From Podarcis gaigeae (lineage: Eukaryota), in assembly GCA_964106915.2 (NCBI GenBank), contig OZ066915.1: DNA of 64,000 bases. One strand, 5' to 3'. The notes under the pieces were generated by a model, which worked only from the letters and a program-made list of their open reading frames with translations, did no database searches and was not told where the DNA came from. How positions within the stretch are numbered: position 1 is the stretch's first letter; each line of letters begins with the position of its first letter. This document shows positions 24,992 to 38,712 of this stretch, one piece after another. The translations under genes were made by a program, and so were the position numbers.

Positions 24992-27900
24992 TACTATATT
25001 AAGCTCAATAGGATCTGGAGCCATGGGGTGGGCAGTGCCACTTTACAAGAGAGGGAAGTCTTGAAAGAGCCAGCTTTAAGGATTCATCCGGAAACTTCTT
25101 AGCACTATGTTGAATTATACCCAGTCCATCAGTAGTGCTAGAAAGCCCCAGTGTGGGAGCAGCCCATTTTCTCTGTTGCGGTTTCCATTAAAGCACTCGT
25201 GAAATTAATGTTTTGCATTGCTACAGAGAATTTATTTTTCAGAGCTTCTTGTTTGGAAGTTTAGCAAGTTTGACCATAACAGAGGCTTGGAAATAGTTTG
25301 TATTTGTAGTGTGTGCATTTTGAGAGATAGCTCCCACCTTGTTTGTATATCACAGCCTTTGCCAACTTTGTGGCTTCCAGATGTTTTAGGGTTACAACGC
25401 ACATCAGCCATAGCCTGGAGCTGCTCAGAGCAGTGGTCTAAAATATCTGGAGGGCTGAAGCCTGATGCAGCAAATGAGTTTTGTGAGCAACTTTGTGTCA
25501 TATTCCTCCACCTAGAACCTGCGAGCAACAGGTGGGCCAGACGCTCCCAGGTTGTTATAAAGGGGGGGGGAGGAGCATAATTTGATTTTTATCTCCGATA
25601 GGTTCACCAGGAGGCAAATTGGATTTATTCCATTCTCACAACTTTAGAACTTCCATCTGCTGATTCGCCTCTAGACTTTGCTATGTTTCTGAAGCCATTG
25701 AACTCTAGAATTACACTGTGCTCCTGAAGCTGTATGGAGACTGGGACCAGGCTTTCAGCAGTAGGCAGTCCAGAAATTCAAGCCAACTTCCATAGACCTA
25801 AACTGATCTGTACCTCTTGAGAAAAGCTTGAACAAATTCACTATTCTAAACATGCAAGACGAACATGAATTTAAATACCTCCTGATACTGGTCATCCTGA
25901 TACTGGTCATTGACTGCAATAAAGCGACTTTACTCATTAGGAGAACACTGAAATTAGATTTGCAGCAGTATTAGGTTTTTTAAAAAATAAGTTGAAGTAA
26001 AGTCACTGACTGCAACCAGAACCCATTGAAATCAAGGACAAAAATCTCATTAATTTGAATGCTGAATATTACATTTAGGTTGTGAATCTGAGAGTACATA
26101 TTTACATATTTAGGTTTTTTTCAGATATATGTGCTTCAAATGCCAAATCCCAAAATACAAAGAGACATAACAAAAAATCCATTGGATTTCTATTTAGTCC
26201 TATTGATTTTGGTGGAAGAGAGTTAAAGTGCAAACTTAACCTTTTCACTGAACAATAGGATTTTAAATGCTGAACTCTGTATGTCTCGTGCCCATTGAAA
26301 GGTGAATTCCAAATCTGAGTGCACTGAATTAAAGTTCCAAATTTTAAATTCAGCAAATCACTCCGTTTTGCCTCAATTATTTGTTTCAAAACTGATGCTG
26401 AGCACCGGGTCCATTTTGCATGAAAGTCCCCATTTCATTTTAGTTCTGAAATATATGCTCTTCCATAATTTAAAATAAGGGCTTTTCTTTTCCAGTAGTT
26501 ACCCAAACTAATTTTTATTTTTCAATAAACAAGCAATAAGGAGAGAGAGAGAGAGAGAGACATGTACACATATCTACAGACATGATTAAGGTTTCTAATA
26601 TTGTTTCCAACAGCAACAGTTCCTAGCTTGCTATTTTTCATTAATCTAAACACACTCCAAAGAAAATCTAGTATTTTAACTCACTGTAAATTAACAACAT
26701 TTCCAACAGCAAAGGAGTGGATTAGAATCTGAATTGCTCATATTTCAGTTCCATGTCAGTGGTTCCCCTCTTCCCCCATTATATTTAGGTGATCCATATG
26801 GTTCCCAGATACAGTACTCTTCTACACTCCCACTACAAATGAAATAGAGGGCTGAATCCTGCTCAGCTCCAGGAAGCTCTGTTGATTTTTATTAGCAATA
26901 TTAATACCAGCTGGTCCCAGAATATGAACATACTTTGCCTTCCATTACTTTGCTTTTTCAGGTACTCATATGCCTGTGACTTTTCCAGGTATGTGTGTGT
27001 CTGTGTACCTCCAGAGCAGTCTTCTTACATTGACCTTTGGAGGCAATATATTTTAGACTAGAGATGGCCAGTTTGGGGGGCCATGTGCTTTAGCACCCAA
27101 GTAATGAAGACTAGGCAGGTGGTGGCAGTTCATCTGTGAATGTCACAAGGCAGAACATTTTTACTACCCAGGAGGCGTGGCTCGGTTACCCTTTAGGAGT
27201 CTAGTACTTGGCAGGGTGTAAGCTGTCCATGCTCGGGGGCAGTTTTTGTTATCTGGGAATTTATGTCCTACATTCCTGCAGATGCTTCAAGGAATAAATG
27301 GCGTCTATCCCCATCCCAAAAATGGGACTACCTTGGTGCTGCCCAGAACTCATAAACTCTTGATTACACAAAAAAATAGTATCGGAGGTTTGATGTGTAG
27401 TCCACAGGTTGCCCTTTCTAGACTGTGTGCACTCTGCATATCCCAAGATAAAAAAATAAATTTGGGTCAAGTGCTTGGAAAATATAATGTGCAGCCGATG
27501 TGTATAGACAGTGTGCAGCAACTCAGAACCAAATGCACATTTACTGCACATAAAAACACCCCAGGCCATTTGGAATGGCCTTCAGAGTTCTGCCTATAGA
27601 GGGATTCAATGGCGTACCTTTGAGGGATGGTGTGAGGATGATTGTAAAGCACACTGAATACTAAAAGTGCTAGGAAATAACGATGCTTCATTGCCGCATC
27701 TTTCCTTGCACACTAATGTGAGCACAGGACTAATATTGGTGGCAGAAAGCAAAGAGCTGTGCTTGGATTCTCTGCAGATTCATCTGTGTCCATGATGCGG
27801 GTTATTTTTTAAAAAAACTGTGAACAAAGAGAATATAGCATGGGAAGCAGCCATCTCTAGGTGTCAAATTATTGTCCCTGGAAGTCTAGCTCTTTTGTTA

Positions 27901-29361
27901 AAATAAACTGGTGGGCGGGCAGAATACTCTGATGTGAACAGATGCGGTTCTAAAGAGGCATTTATCACACTTCATCATATTTGTCACACAGAAACAGAAA
28001 GCCTGCACTTTTCTCCCCAGGTTGTAGCCTTTCCCCACTTAAAAATCATTGGGGCAGACTGATTAAGGGGATGGAAACATTAACATTTCAAAACATAATG
28101 CACGTGGGTGTACATTATTCAGGAAGGTGCAGAGAAGTAAAGAAAAAAAAGGATTGACGTTTGCTTGATGAACGTTCTGTTTGTTTCTGCATCTGCTAAA
28201 TGCAGACAGTAGAGCTTTACCATTCCAGAAAGGTAAATACCCATAAAATATCATCATGTTCCAGACAAGACTGCCAGGTTCCCAGGGGGAATCTCCATAA
28301 CTATTGGGAATATGCAGAGTTTACTTTATTTGAATGCACATAAACCTTGAGATGACTATTGGCTTAACATTAGCTGTGGGCTAAACACCTAGCTGGGTGG
28401 CAACTTCAGTTCTAGGATGGAAGCTAAATAAGAAGGCAGGGGGAAAGCTTTCATTTGCAGTTTCCACTGCATATACAGTGTAACCATCCACTTAAGACTA
28501 TGGGCACACGTACGGTTTGAAATGCACAGGGCTTGTTATTCCACAGAGTGCTTTTGTACATAGCACTTTGCCATTGTACATAGCTTTGCACAGCAACGTT
28601 GCCTAAAGCGGGAGTTAGTCTCTGTGCTATCTGTACATACAGGTAGGAGGAGTGTTTAAGAAGCAGTGAACAGCGATGTTCTCTACTCCCCTCCATTCAT
28701 GTAGTCTAGTCACACCCCCTAAGCGCTGGAATAAATGGTGCAACACCTCACCGCACTTGCACATGTGTAGTTCCTTCCTCACTTTGAAAAAAAAGTGCAT
28801 TTTAAAAATATGCAGTGGGATGTTGTCGGTATGTACGGCACCACAAAAGTGCACTTTCATCCAGCACTGAATACAAATTATCACACAGTGTGTACCTACT
28901 ATGAGTCTAGTGCCACTGATTAACATGCCCATTCGGAGTTTTGTTTTAAACTCTCACTGGCTAGAGACTCAAATATACGGAGACATTAACTAAAGCAGAG
29001 CAATATTTTAGAAGTACCCACTTGGGATCGCTTGGCCAAAAGGAGAGGAAAATAATAGCCCTTCATTACTGATCAGTTGTGTTGGCAACTGATTTGTCGG
29101 AGTCTGTCTTTTAATCACACAAATTTCTTCATAGCTTCCGGCTAGGAAAGGGTACGGCACTTTGTTAGTTGTTCAAGGCTTTAGAGGGCCTGCCTGCCAT
29201 GACTTCAAATGTCTAGGCTTTACAGTATACACAGTCAAGATTGCAAAAATGTAAAGAATTTAAGATACAAAAATAAGTAAAAAGGACCGTCTAGAGAATG
29301 CCAGGTCCCCATTTGTGGATTTTTAAAAACCCTCTACTGGCAGGAATTCCCACTTGCATAT

Positions 29362-29367
29362 TTTATT
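29362..29367 (-). terminator. Candidate FOXJ1 polyadenylation signal AATAAA
   Basis: TTTATT on + about 860 nt past the stop codon. A second candidate lies at 28325-28330. Confidence 0.5.
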
Positions 29368-30225
29368 ACATTTCCCCTCTGTATAACAAATGCTTGATAC
29401 ACTTCAATCTTAATTAACATTATTACAAACAATCCTCATTCCCCACCCCTGCTGTAAATACTCTACTGATTGTGCCCTGTAGCTAAAAATATAGGTTTTG
29501 TAATAGATATATAGATATATAGTAGGCTCTCTATTTTATAAGCCTGAAAGATCTTGCCTTGTTGATTCATTTCTGCACATACAGATGTCGACATCTAAAC
29601 TAGTCCTAGATAGACTGGTGGCTGAAATTCCTAGAATACAGATGGGAATTGTATTTGCCTGCTACTTAATTGTCCCATGTTTTACCTATAAGAATTTTTC
29701 CCTGGGTAGAAACAATGCAAACACACTCACATGGAAGAGAGGGATGGAGGGAGAAGCAAATGGACAAAAGAAGGAAGAGGAAATTACAGAAATCACAGAT
29801 CTAACATGTTCTTAGTAACCAGAAAAGGCCAGCTCTTCCATCCTATTCCATTATATTCAAATGTCATGCCCTCCCCTGCAAGGAAGATATGCCCTTTTCA
29901 ATTCCCTCCACCCCCAAAGTAGAAAAATTCCATATTTCTTTAAAAGAACACAAAAATAAGTACTGTATTATTATTATTTTGTTGTCTTTTGGGGTACAGA
30001 GTTCCCCGTGTGTTGCTTTCAGATACATCCTGCCAAATTCTCCAGATCTTTCCCTCCCCACCCCTGACACCTCTGTGATCCACGTGGTCCCAAGAATGAA
30101 GATGTCTTGTTTGCGAGAGGATTCTACTGTTAGTGTAAAGTCCTGCAGCACTGGGCCAATCTTGTACATACAGCAGGTCAACCTGGGATGATCTTGAGCC
30201 TTCCAGCCAGGGCTCTTGTCACTCA

Positions 30226-31044
30226 TTAAAGACACCCAGCATTGCTCCAGTCATTCATTTCAGTCTGCAACGAAGGATCGTTGAGTTCAAAGAGTGGATC
30301 TATGTTGACAGAACTTGAGAGGTAATCGTTTCTCCCTTCATCCCAGGGATGCTGGAGGAAAGAAGTGGCAATGAAGGTCTCGTCAAAGTCCAAGCTGTTC
30401 TGGTTGGATTCGGTTAGGATGTAATCCTGCCCGGCAGGGCACCACTCCTGTGGGCAGTCAATATGTCTTCCATGCACAGTCAAGTCTACATCCCTGGTTA
30501 TTGGGCTGATAGGAGGAGTGATCTCCAGATCCTCGAAGGTGGAGAAGTCACCATTTAAGGTGGTGTCGAAGATAGCTTCCCAGTCAAAGTCACCTTTCAG
30601 AGACCCAAGCTCTGTCTGCTCTTCCTGAGTAAGCAGAGGGGAGCTGGCGAGACGGGCTGTCTTGCACATTCGCTTGGGGAGTGGCTGCTTGCGTTTATGG
30701 CTCATTTTCCCGTCTGCCGGGTTCCAGTTCTGGTCGCTGGTGGCTTCTTCAAACTCTTTGAGCAGCTGCTGAGACTCCATGTTGATTTTCAGGATGCTGT
30801 TGTTTTTCCAAGATGCCGCCGCCTGGTGAGCCAATGAACTGGAGCCAGCATCCTGCTGGAGTCTTCCGGTGAAAGCTGGGTGGATTTGCACGGGGGGCAT
30901 CCTGCGCTTCTTGAATGCTCCGTTCATCAGCCTGTCTGCATACTGGGGGTCGATCTTCCAGAATCCACCTTTCCCTGGTTCGTCCTTCTCTCGTGGCACC
31001 TTGATGAAGCACTTGTTCAAGGACAGGTTGTGCCTAATAGAGTT
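30226..31044 (-). CDS. FOXJ1: Forkhead box protein J1, last coding exon
   Basis: Acceptor ggtttcag|AAC at 31045/31044 continues [36 protein letters not shown]. Also contains [36 protein letters not shown] and [23 protein letters not shown] at 30228-30226. Confidence 0.98.
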   Translation of the reverse strand, partial: NSIRHNLSLNKCFIKVPREKDEPGKGGFWKIDPQYADRLMNGAFKKRRMPPVQIHPAFTGRLQQDAGSSSLAHQAAASWKNNSILKINMESQQLLKEFEEATSDQNWNPADGKMSHKRKQPLPKRMCKTARLASSPLLTQEEQTELGSLKGDFDWEAIFDTTLNGDFSTFEDLEITPPISPITRDVDLTVHGRHIDCPQEWCPAGQDYILTESNQNSLDFDETFIATSFLQHPWDEGRNDYLSSSVNIDPLFELNDPSLQTEMNDWSNAGCL

Positions 31045-34000
31045 CTGAAACCAGAATTAAACAAAATGGAGTTTTAATATCAGTAACTGCAAACATAAAC
31101 CCACATTGAATACAATGAAGGCGGCTGAATCAGCTGTAAGAGTGAAGGTCTTTTCAGCAAGGAAGAAGGCTGAAGTGGCTTGCCACAGTGAAACTGAATC
31201 TGGAATAGAATAATGCTTAAATGAGCCACGTAGCCAGGCATATTTCTACAGATAAATGACCATCCTATACAACTTTGAAATATATGGATTCGTGCCTCAA
31301 CTCCCATCACGATATTTTAACCATCATGATCAACCAAGAACGTCAGATCATGTCACTTTAAATTCAATACAGAATATTTACTGGAAGTATTTTGTAAGAA
31401 CCTTCATTTGAGATGGCCTATAGATGCCAATGGCAAGTGTGGGGAGATGAGGGGTGTTCTTTAGTACCCTGTCTGCTTTTTCTAGTGCATGCATTGCATA
31501 GTGTTAGGGCACATTCAACACACACAACTTCCCAGAAAGAATCCTGGGAACTGCAGTTAAGGGTGCTGGGAATTGTAGCTCTGTAAGGGGGAAACTACAG
31601 TTCCTGGGACTCTTGTGGGGAAGCCATGTGTTGGATGTACTTTAAATGTAGGGTATGGATCTGCCCTTAGTGTCAAGGTTTGATTCTGCTAAAATGTTCT
31701 AAGTTGCCCTGAGCTTTCAGGAAAAGATAGCCATCTTATGCCATGTGTGTCTATATTACAAGTTTAAATGACTTTCAAAGCACACCCTGGCTTTCAAATT
31801 GCTGTTCTGTGCAGAAGTCTCTAAGAAATAATTCTTAGCACTCTTGCAAAGCTACCATTTCCAAGGTGTTGTCAAGGAGAGAGCTAAATGAGATTAAATC
31901 TGTTTAAATCTGTACTTAAAACTTTTCATAAATAATAATACTTAAAACGTGAAAAGGGTCTTTCATCTCCCTCATAGTACACAGACACTCGTTCTCTTAT
32001 TGACACACCTTTTCCAGTCTGCTGCCCTCCTTCCATCACTCCTTTAAATAACAAACATGCCAGCAGAAGTGGAGCCAAGACCGAGCCACTGAGAAACTAG
32101 AGTAATTAGGGGGAATCCCAAAATTTACAGAAGTACAAAACATCCTTAAAAACAACTGATGTGGTTAAAAAAAAGAGATGATAATCAGTAACCACACAAA
32201 AAAATTAGTTTCAGCTGGAAAAGAAAACCAGAAAACCATGGTGGAATAGCCTGAAGACAGGTATGGATGGATGTACAAGATAATATAATGATCCAGTCCA
32301 GTGTTGGCACGAGAAAAAAATATGGATGGTGGAAGAGAAAGTGCAAAGAGAGTTTTGATGGAGGCATATGTGGAAGATTAAGAAGAAAATTGACCTCTGG
32401 AAATAAGGCACCCCAACAATCTCTGCAGGTGGAGGGCAAAGAAAGAGAAGTAATTTTTAAGCAACCACATGCCCAGCCTTGCTGTCCTTTAGTGATGCTT
32501 AAGGAAAGGCATTTATATTCCCCCAAGCTCCAGCTCATTCAGAATTACTGGAGGGGGAGAACACCTTAATATAAGAAAAAGCTAATGCAGATGCCCTCCA
32601 TTTATCCTGAGTGTCAGTCATCATAAGATCAAGTGTCTCCTTTAATATGCCAACAACAACACCCTGCCCATCTGGCTGGGTTTCCCCAGCCCCAGTTACA
32701 ATGAATAGTTTCTTTCAATCTAAGAGACTGCATATTAGGTCTGGACCAGAACAGACTGTAATGCAGTGAAATAGTGTAGTAGAAATAGCGCCTTTTCCCC
32801 TTCCATGGTGCTAGAAGAGACAGTTTCTGTTTCACTAGTTTTGGTCAGAAGTGTTCACAGCAACTTTCTGAACAGTGAGATGAAGAAGATCACCATCTCA
32901 CTTCCTCAAAATCAGAAGAGAAGAGACCTCAATGCTTTAGGAGACCAGAAAGGTAAGCCAGACATTTTATGGCCCTCATAGTTGGATTGTTTTTTAAACC
33001 CCATGCTAGCCAGAAATCTGATTTTGGCCTGGCTGATGTGTCACTTTAAAAACCTATGGTTTAAAAATGAACATGCAAGGTACTTGAGGCACTGTTAACA
33101 TCTCAGCTGCTTTGCTCTTCCTCTACTCATGCCAGGCTGCTAGGATTGTCTAAACCTGGGCTCATTGTTTTTTTCTCCCTCCAAACAAACCATAAACTGT
33201 AAATTACCTAAGTTTGTTCTTGGCTTCTGGCTTCTGGTTTGCTTGCACAAAACAAACAGTGAGCTCAGGTTCTCAAGTGTCACTAATCCAAACCATGGTT
33301 TCATTCCTGGCAGGCGTAGGGGAGGAATGAAGCAGCTGCGGTTTTTGCTCTGTGCACCAGCACACTGCAGGTTCACCTTTTAAAGCACAGCTAAGCTTCA
33401 AATGATGTGTGAACCAACATGTCTGATGCTCAAGGTTTATCCCATAAACCACAGCTACCATGGTACACTATGGTGCTAAATATGACGACACTGTGAAAGA
33501 ACCACTTCATTTGACAGAAATGGAAAAGGGGACACAACATAACTCCCCCCCCCCTTGCTCTGCACACTCACTGGCCTCCTTGGTATGGATTGCTTATATT
33601 TACACACCCATGTGAGACACACATTTGTGCACCATGGAACATCCTTTGGTTGGAATGGACTTAATATGAAATCACCCACTGAATCATCATAAAAAGAAAA
33701 GAAAAACCAGAAAATCTCTAGAAAAAAAATAGCAACAAAGAGAGAAACCAAAAGAAGGGGCATTTACTGTTCCCATAGAGCTACTCCTCAGAAGAATGAA
33801 TGTGCGTGCCTGGAGTGATGTGCACAATCAGAAAGGAAACTCTGTTATGGGGTAAATAACACCCTCTTATAGAGCACAAAGCCAGGAGGGTGTTAAGAGA
33901 TTGGATATGGTAAAGGATTGTGTGCAAGAGTTTTTCATTCTTTTTTTTTTCCTTTAAAAAAATGTTGCCTGGATATCTTTATGCTTATTCATCCATAATC

Positions 34001-34250
34001 CGTATTGCCAAAGAGCAAAAGCAAGGCTTGAATGCCTGGAGGGCTAAATAATAATAAGAAGCTATTCCTCTAGGCTGAAACTCCCTGGGCATCTTGGCTC
34101 CTTTCCAAAGCACACAGCTCCCACAGGAATCTCTCCCCATCCCCCTACCCCCCTGCTTATGGGTGGCATGACATTTTGACTTTGTGTCTGCACTTACAGG
34201 AACTGGGGTTGACGAGGCGGGTGAGAACATGGGCATGATGGGAGAAAGGG

Positions 34251-34252
34251 GA

Positions 34253-34312
<60 letters not shown>

Positions 34313-34314
34313 AA
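34251..34314. repeat. (GAAA)16 microsatellite in FOXJ1 intron 2
   Basis: Direct reading. Confidence 0.95.
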
Positions 34315-35079
34315 TTCCTGTGAACGCGCTGGTCTCCGATGAGTCAGAATTTAGTGTTTAATGAAATTTTACAAGGGTCAGAGAATAACCCTCTTCCCTG
34401 CTAGAGTCAGTTTAAATCTGCTGGGCTTGCCTACAAGCTGATTATTACCCAGCTAGTTAGCATATTTATCATTCTTCCCTGCAAGGATCCATCAAACCAC
34501 CTGCATCACGATAAAGAGGGAGTGAATACTGGGTTTTTGTTTTTTTAAAAGGGGGAAAGAAAGAACAGGAAAGTTTGCATCAACCACATCAATATGCAAG
34601 GGTTTTTCTTTCTTTCTTTTTGTACTTATTAATCCCCATGTTGTTAATCCCAGTCTCATAGGAAGCCTAATGGATTTAGTTTTGGTCAATACCTTTATTA
34701 GAATTTAGGACCACTAGAATGTCAGAAAATAGTGAGCAAGCTTTTGAGTTCTCCAGAAGTCTTCATCAGGCTAGATGTTACACTTGTTTTATGCATTGTG
34801 ACCATGGTAGGAATCAGAAACATCCACTACACTGAGCAGCGTTATTGTAGTGACTGCAAGCAATAGTGTTTTGGCACATCAAGAGACCTGGTTGTGATAC
34901 AGTCTACTAGGAGGATTGGAAACAAGCTTAGCAGTGTGTAGTGGCAGCCTTTTGACAGGTGATGGAATGACAATAATTCTGTACCATGTCATGTCATCAC
35001 CATCATATGCAGCCACCTAGAATCTAACTCATTCACTAATCACTTAGGATGGAGAGGAAACTCTTTGTTTCACCTTAAG

Positions 35080-35261
35080 CAGGGGTGCCAACTTCAATAA
35101 AATACTGGAGGGCCCAGATAAGCCCCACCCCTCGTAATTGATCACATGACGTGGTGCACGCACACCATTTGAATGGCAATGCCCATCAACTTAGTGGGGT
35201 GGGTGGTCCCCTCAATTTGGGGGGGTGAATTCCCTTCAACCCCTAGGAGTTGGCTCTTATG
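35080..35261. mobile_element. Non-autonomous hAT-like element in FOXJ1 intron 2
   Basis: Imperfect TIRs CAGGGGTGCCAAC and GTTGGCTCTTATG. 8-bp TSD ACCTTAAG/ATCTTAAG. Confidence 0.65.
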
Positions 35262-37781
35262 ATCTTAAGGATGATGTGGCAAGGAACATCTCAAGAGGGT
35301 TGCCCTCAAGGATTCAACGCTAAAACTACCCATGAATATCAAACTGTCACATCAATTGTCAGAAATGAATGACATGTACTCATCATTTTCCTTTGACTGA
35401 GATGATGATGATTGTTATTATTTTTAGAAAACAGTGCTTTGAGAGCAGAAGGGAAAGTCCAAGGTATAGAATTAAGAGTGGATACTTGAAATAGGCTGAC
35501 TTTTGGGTCTCCGTCTATTGGTGTGGGGCTACAGATTCACTGTCTTACCAGGACTATTTGAAGGACATAAAAAAATTACAAGCCATATAGATGCTACAGC
35601 AATAGAGTCCAGTTAAGTACCTTATAAAGACCTGGTGTACAAATTTTCTTTGGATTTTCTGAAAGGCAAAACTTTCCCTCTTTTTTCCTACCCAAACTTT
35701 TACTTGTCCAGCCTACCATTGACTCAAATATTTTTAAACCTCAAGGAGCCAAAGACACAAATGAGTCTACCATGTATCACAGACATTGGGAATTGAAGGA
35801 GGTGGTGCTCAAGGACAGAGATTCCTCCTTACACTGTAGTGCTTGCTATGGGAGGGAGAGAGCCTCAACATGCATTATTTCAATATTGTTGTTAACATGG
35901 TAACAAAAGTGAATTTATTCTCATTACAGGCCACAGCCTTCATTGCAGGCTGATGTCTTATGTCCAAGGCTGTTCAGCTGGTGGTCATGAGACTTTGGCT
36001 CTTCATATGCTGTTATTGGATTTCAACTCTCATTACCCTCAGCCAGCATGGCCATTGATCAAGGATGATGGGGATTGTAGTCTAGCAACACCTTGCAGGT
36101 TACTTACACCTCTCCAAGAGGTTAGTGAAAAGTTATAATATTTCTGTTTTTGACCATTTGAGGCACTGCATACTTCTGATCCAATATCCCAGCCATTCTA
36201 CACTTAGATGCACCTCTTTCCTAATAACCTCTCTCAAATCTTTAGTTTGCCTTATCTCAAATGCTTCTCCACAGTCAATCTTGGAAAGCATCAGGTCGCA
36301 CAGAAAAGACACATCAATTTCTTTGGCACTTGTGTTTCCTCCTCCGTGGATCAAAGGGTGGGATAGGGGGGAAAGAAATTTATACCCTGACTTTTTCTCC
36401 TCTTTCTCCCTAGAAGTGTATGAAGCAGTTGCTTGTTTTAAATGCTCTCCAGGCATGATGCAAATCGGCCAAGTATATCCTACTTGTGTGACCAACTAAC
36501 TTTTGGATACAAGAAGTTAAGCTTCCAGATACCGAATATGGAAGATAGTTCCATATTCAAAAAGCTGGTTTCCAAAGCCCTCCTAACAAGATTGTTCCCA
36601 CTGAAATCTGGAAAAAAATCAAAGACATTTCAGGGTGGAGCATTAAGATTTACAGCAAAGTGCAAGGCTTATTCTTGGGTATATTCAAGATAAAATTTAT
36701 TTTAAAAAACCAGGTATCCTGAGAGCGTTTGTTGTGGCTATTTTTTCTACCTCATTGTAACCAGAAATATAAACACTTGTGGGGAATAATAACATGTTAT
36801 CCGCAATGAAGGATGGAGTGGGGTTGACTGCCCCCTTCCCTCTCTAAATGGTACCCCTGCCTCCCAGTTATGCAGTTAATTGACTCCAAATGTCCATTTA
36901 TGACTGATTGGATTATCAGCATTAAGCATCCAATGAAAGATTGGAGGAGAATCACCTCTAGGCAACGCCACCCGCCTCTTGGCCCCTACTCTGGCCATCT
37001 TTACTTTTCTTTCGCCCTCCACCTGTTTCCTTCTCTCTTCCCCTTAACTGCCCCTGTGTTGTTTTTCTGTACAGTACTTTCTATGGCACTTCCTTTACGC
37101 TTGTTGGAGCCTCAAAAAAAAAAGGACATTCTCTCAATCATCCTCAGTCTTTGTTAGATAATTGCTACCTTCAAAAGGAGAAAATGCCTGTTTACATTGC
37201 TCTGCTTTCTCATTTACCACAACCTCTGTGTGCTACTAAGTGCTTATTCCAGGCAAAACATCTTGATAGGAAACATACCAAGCAACAGTAATTGCACTCT
37301 AGGGAGAAGGAAGCACAGAAAGGAGCTGCAGCATGAATACTACAAACACTTGGTCGCTTTCTAATGTCATAGAAGGTTGACAGGAGATCTGTTCCTCATC
37401 TCGTGGCAAGAGGGTCTTACAGCCACCTGACCACAGATATAGCTGGTTCTCCTGTAAGGTGGCACAACTGACAGTGATGGAACCTTACATTATGTATGTA
37501 TGACAAAAGATGATCCAGGAAAAAGGGTGCTAGTATTTAAATTTGCACACCCACCATACATTTAAAGCACATAACCACCACCACCACCACCCCTTATAAT
37601 CTTGGGAACTGCAGTTTGTTATAGCTGCTGGGGATTGCAGTTCTGTCGGGGTGAGCTACAATTCCCAGGATTTATTTGGGGTGTGAATGCTTTGAATGTG
37701 CTCAAAAGGTATGGTGTGGGTCCAGCCCCCGGTTGCAAACCTAACTCTACTTAGCTGGGAGTAAGTCCCATCAAGTAAGTC

Positions 37782-37845
37782 CCTGGCGTGCTCTGGTCCA
37801 CAGGGTCACGAAGAGTCGGACATGACTAAACGACTAAACATCAAC
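37782..37845 (+). mobile_element. BovB 3'-terminal fragment
   Basis: CCTGGCGTGCTCTGGTCCACAGGGTCACGAAGAGTCGGACATGACTAAACGACTAAAC matches the 3' end of the 8968 copy. Confidence 0.8.
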
Positions 37846-38190
37846 TGTGTTGTGTGTTAAGAATGTAGGGAGCTGTTTGCTGCTCTAAGCATGGCCATTT
37901 TTAAGGATTCTGGCCAAGTAGTTTAGATTTCCTTCATTAGCATATTAGGTGTACACAACACTTGCTCACATGGAAATTATGAGAATTTAAATAGTGGTGA
38001 AACACTTTCACTGTCAGATAATGCAAGTCATAGAAGCATCAAGGCTGATTTGGGAGGATGGCTGGTCATGAACTGCAGTGGATAGCCAACAGAAAACATG
38101 GAGACAGTAGCAAGTGCACTATAACCTCACCCACATGACTGGGTGGCCAAAATGCAGAGAGGTATGGGCTGTCCCATCCTAGGCACCTAC

Positions 38191-38712
38191 CTGCCATGTG
38201 GGGTCTGCATGGCGGAAATAGCAGAAATTATCTGTAATCCATTTATAGATGTCTGAGAGGGTGATTTTGGTTTTCTTGCTCGCTTCCATCGCCATGCAGA
38301 TGAGCGTGGCATAGGAGTAAGGAGGCTTTACATGGGGATTAGTCTTGTAATCTATGTCTTCCAATGGCTGGCCTTGCAGGTGTGCAGTCCTGGATGTGGA
38401 AGAGGAGATTGGCTTGCCAGGGGTATGGGGCATCCCCATGCAAGCTGGGTCACCAGCTAGAGGGGAACACGGTGCAGCAGAGCCAGGGATCTTGTGATAG
38501 CCGTGAGGATCTGTGCTGCAAGGGGAAGAGCTTGCCTTGCCCATGTTGGCGTTGATGATGGAGAATTCTTGAAGCCACTGTAGGCTGGTCAAGCTGTCGT
38601 CCAGGTTGCTCGAATCCGCCATGCTGCTTTCCTGGCCTTTCTCTTCTTCAGACTGCACGTTCAGCCAGCTGTCAGTCATGTCAGGGGAAGCCAAAATAGG
38701 CAAGTCCAACAT
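38191..38712 (-). CDS. FOXJ1: Forkhead box protein J1, first coding exon (ATG 38712; second in-frame ATG 38679 matches the mammalian start)
   Basis: Translation contains the FOXJ1 signatures LDDSLTSLQWLQEFSI, TDPHGYH, PHTPGKP and the forkhead start NPHVKPPYSYATLICMAM...KWITDNFCYFRHADPTWQ. Phase-0 donor CAG|GTAGGT at 38191/38190. Upstream acceptor ttgttgcag|G at 38772/38771. Confidence 0.97.

Noticed and set aside
25881-25910. 15-bp tandem duplication CCTGATACTGGTCAT x2
   Set aside because: Simple local duplication with no array or spacer structure.
1-29300. EXOC7 or another syntenic gene
   Set aside because: No EXOC7-like peptide seen. It probably begins left of the window.
30226-31020. ORF-track start at 31020 as a protein start
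   Set aside because: It is a TTG inside the forkhead domain. The exon begins at the 31044 acceptor.
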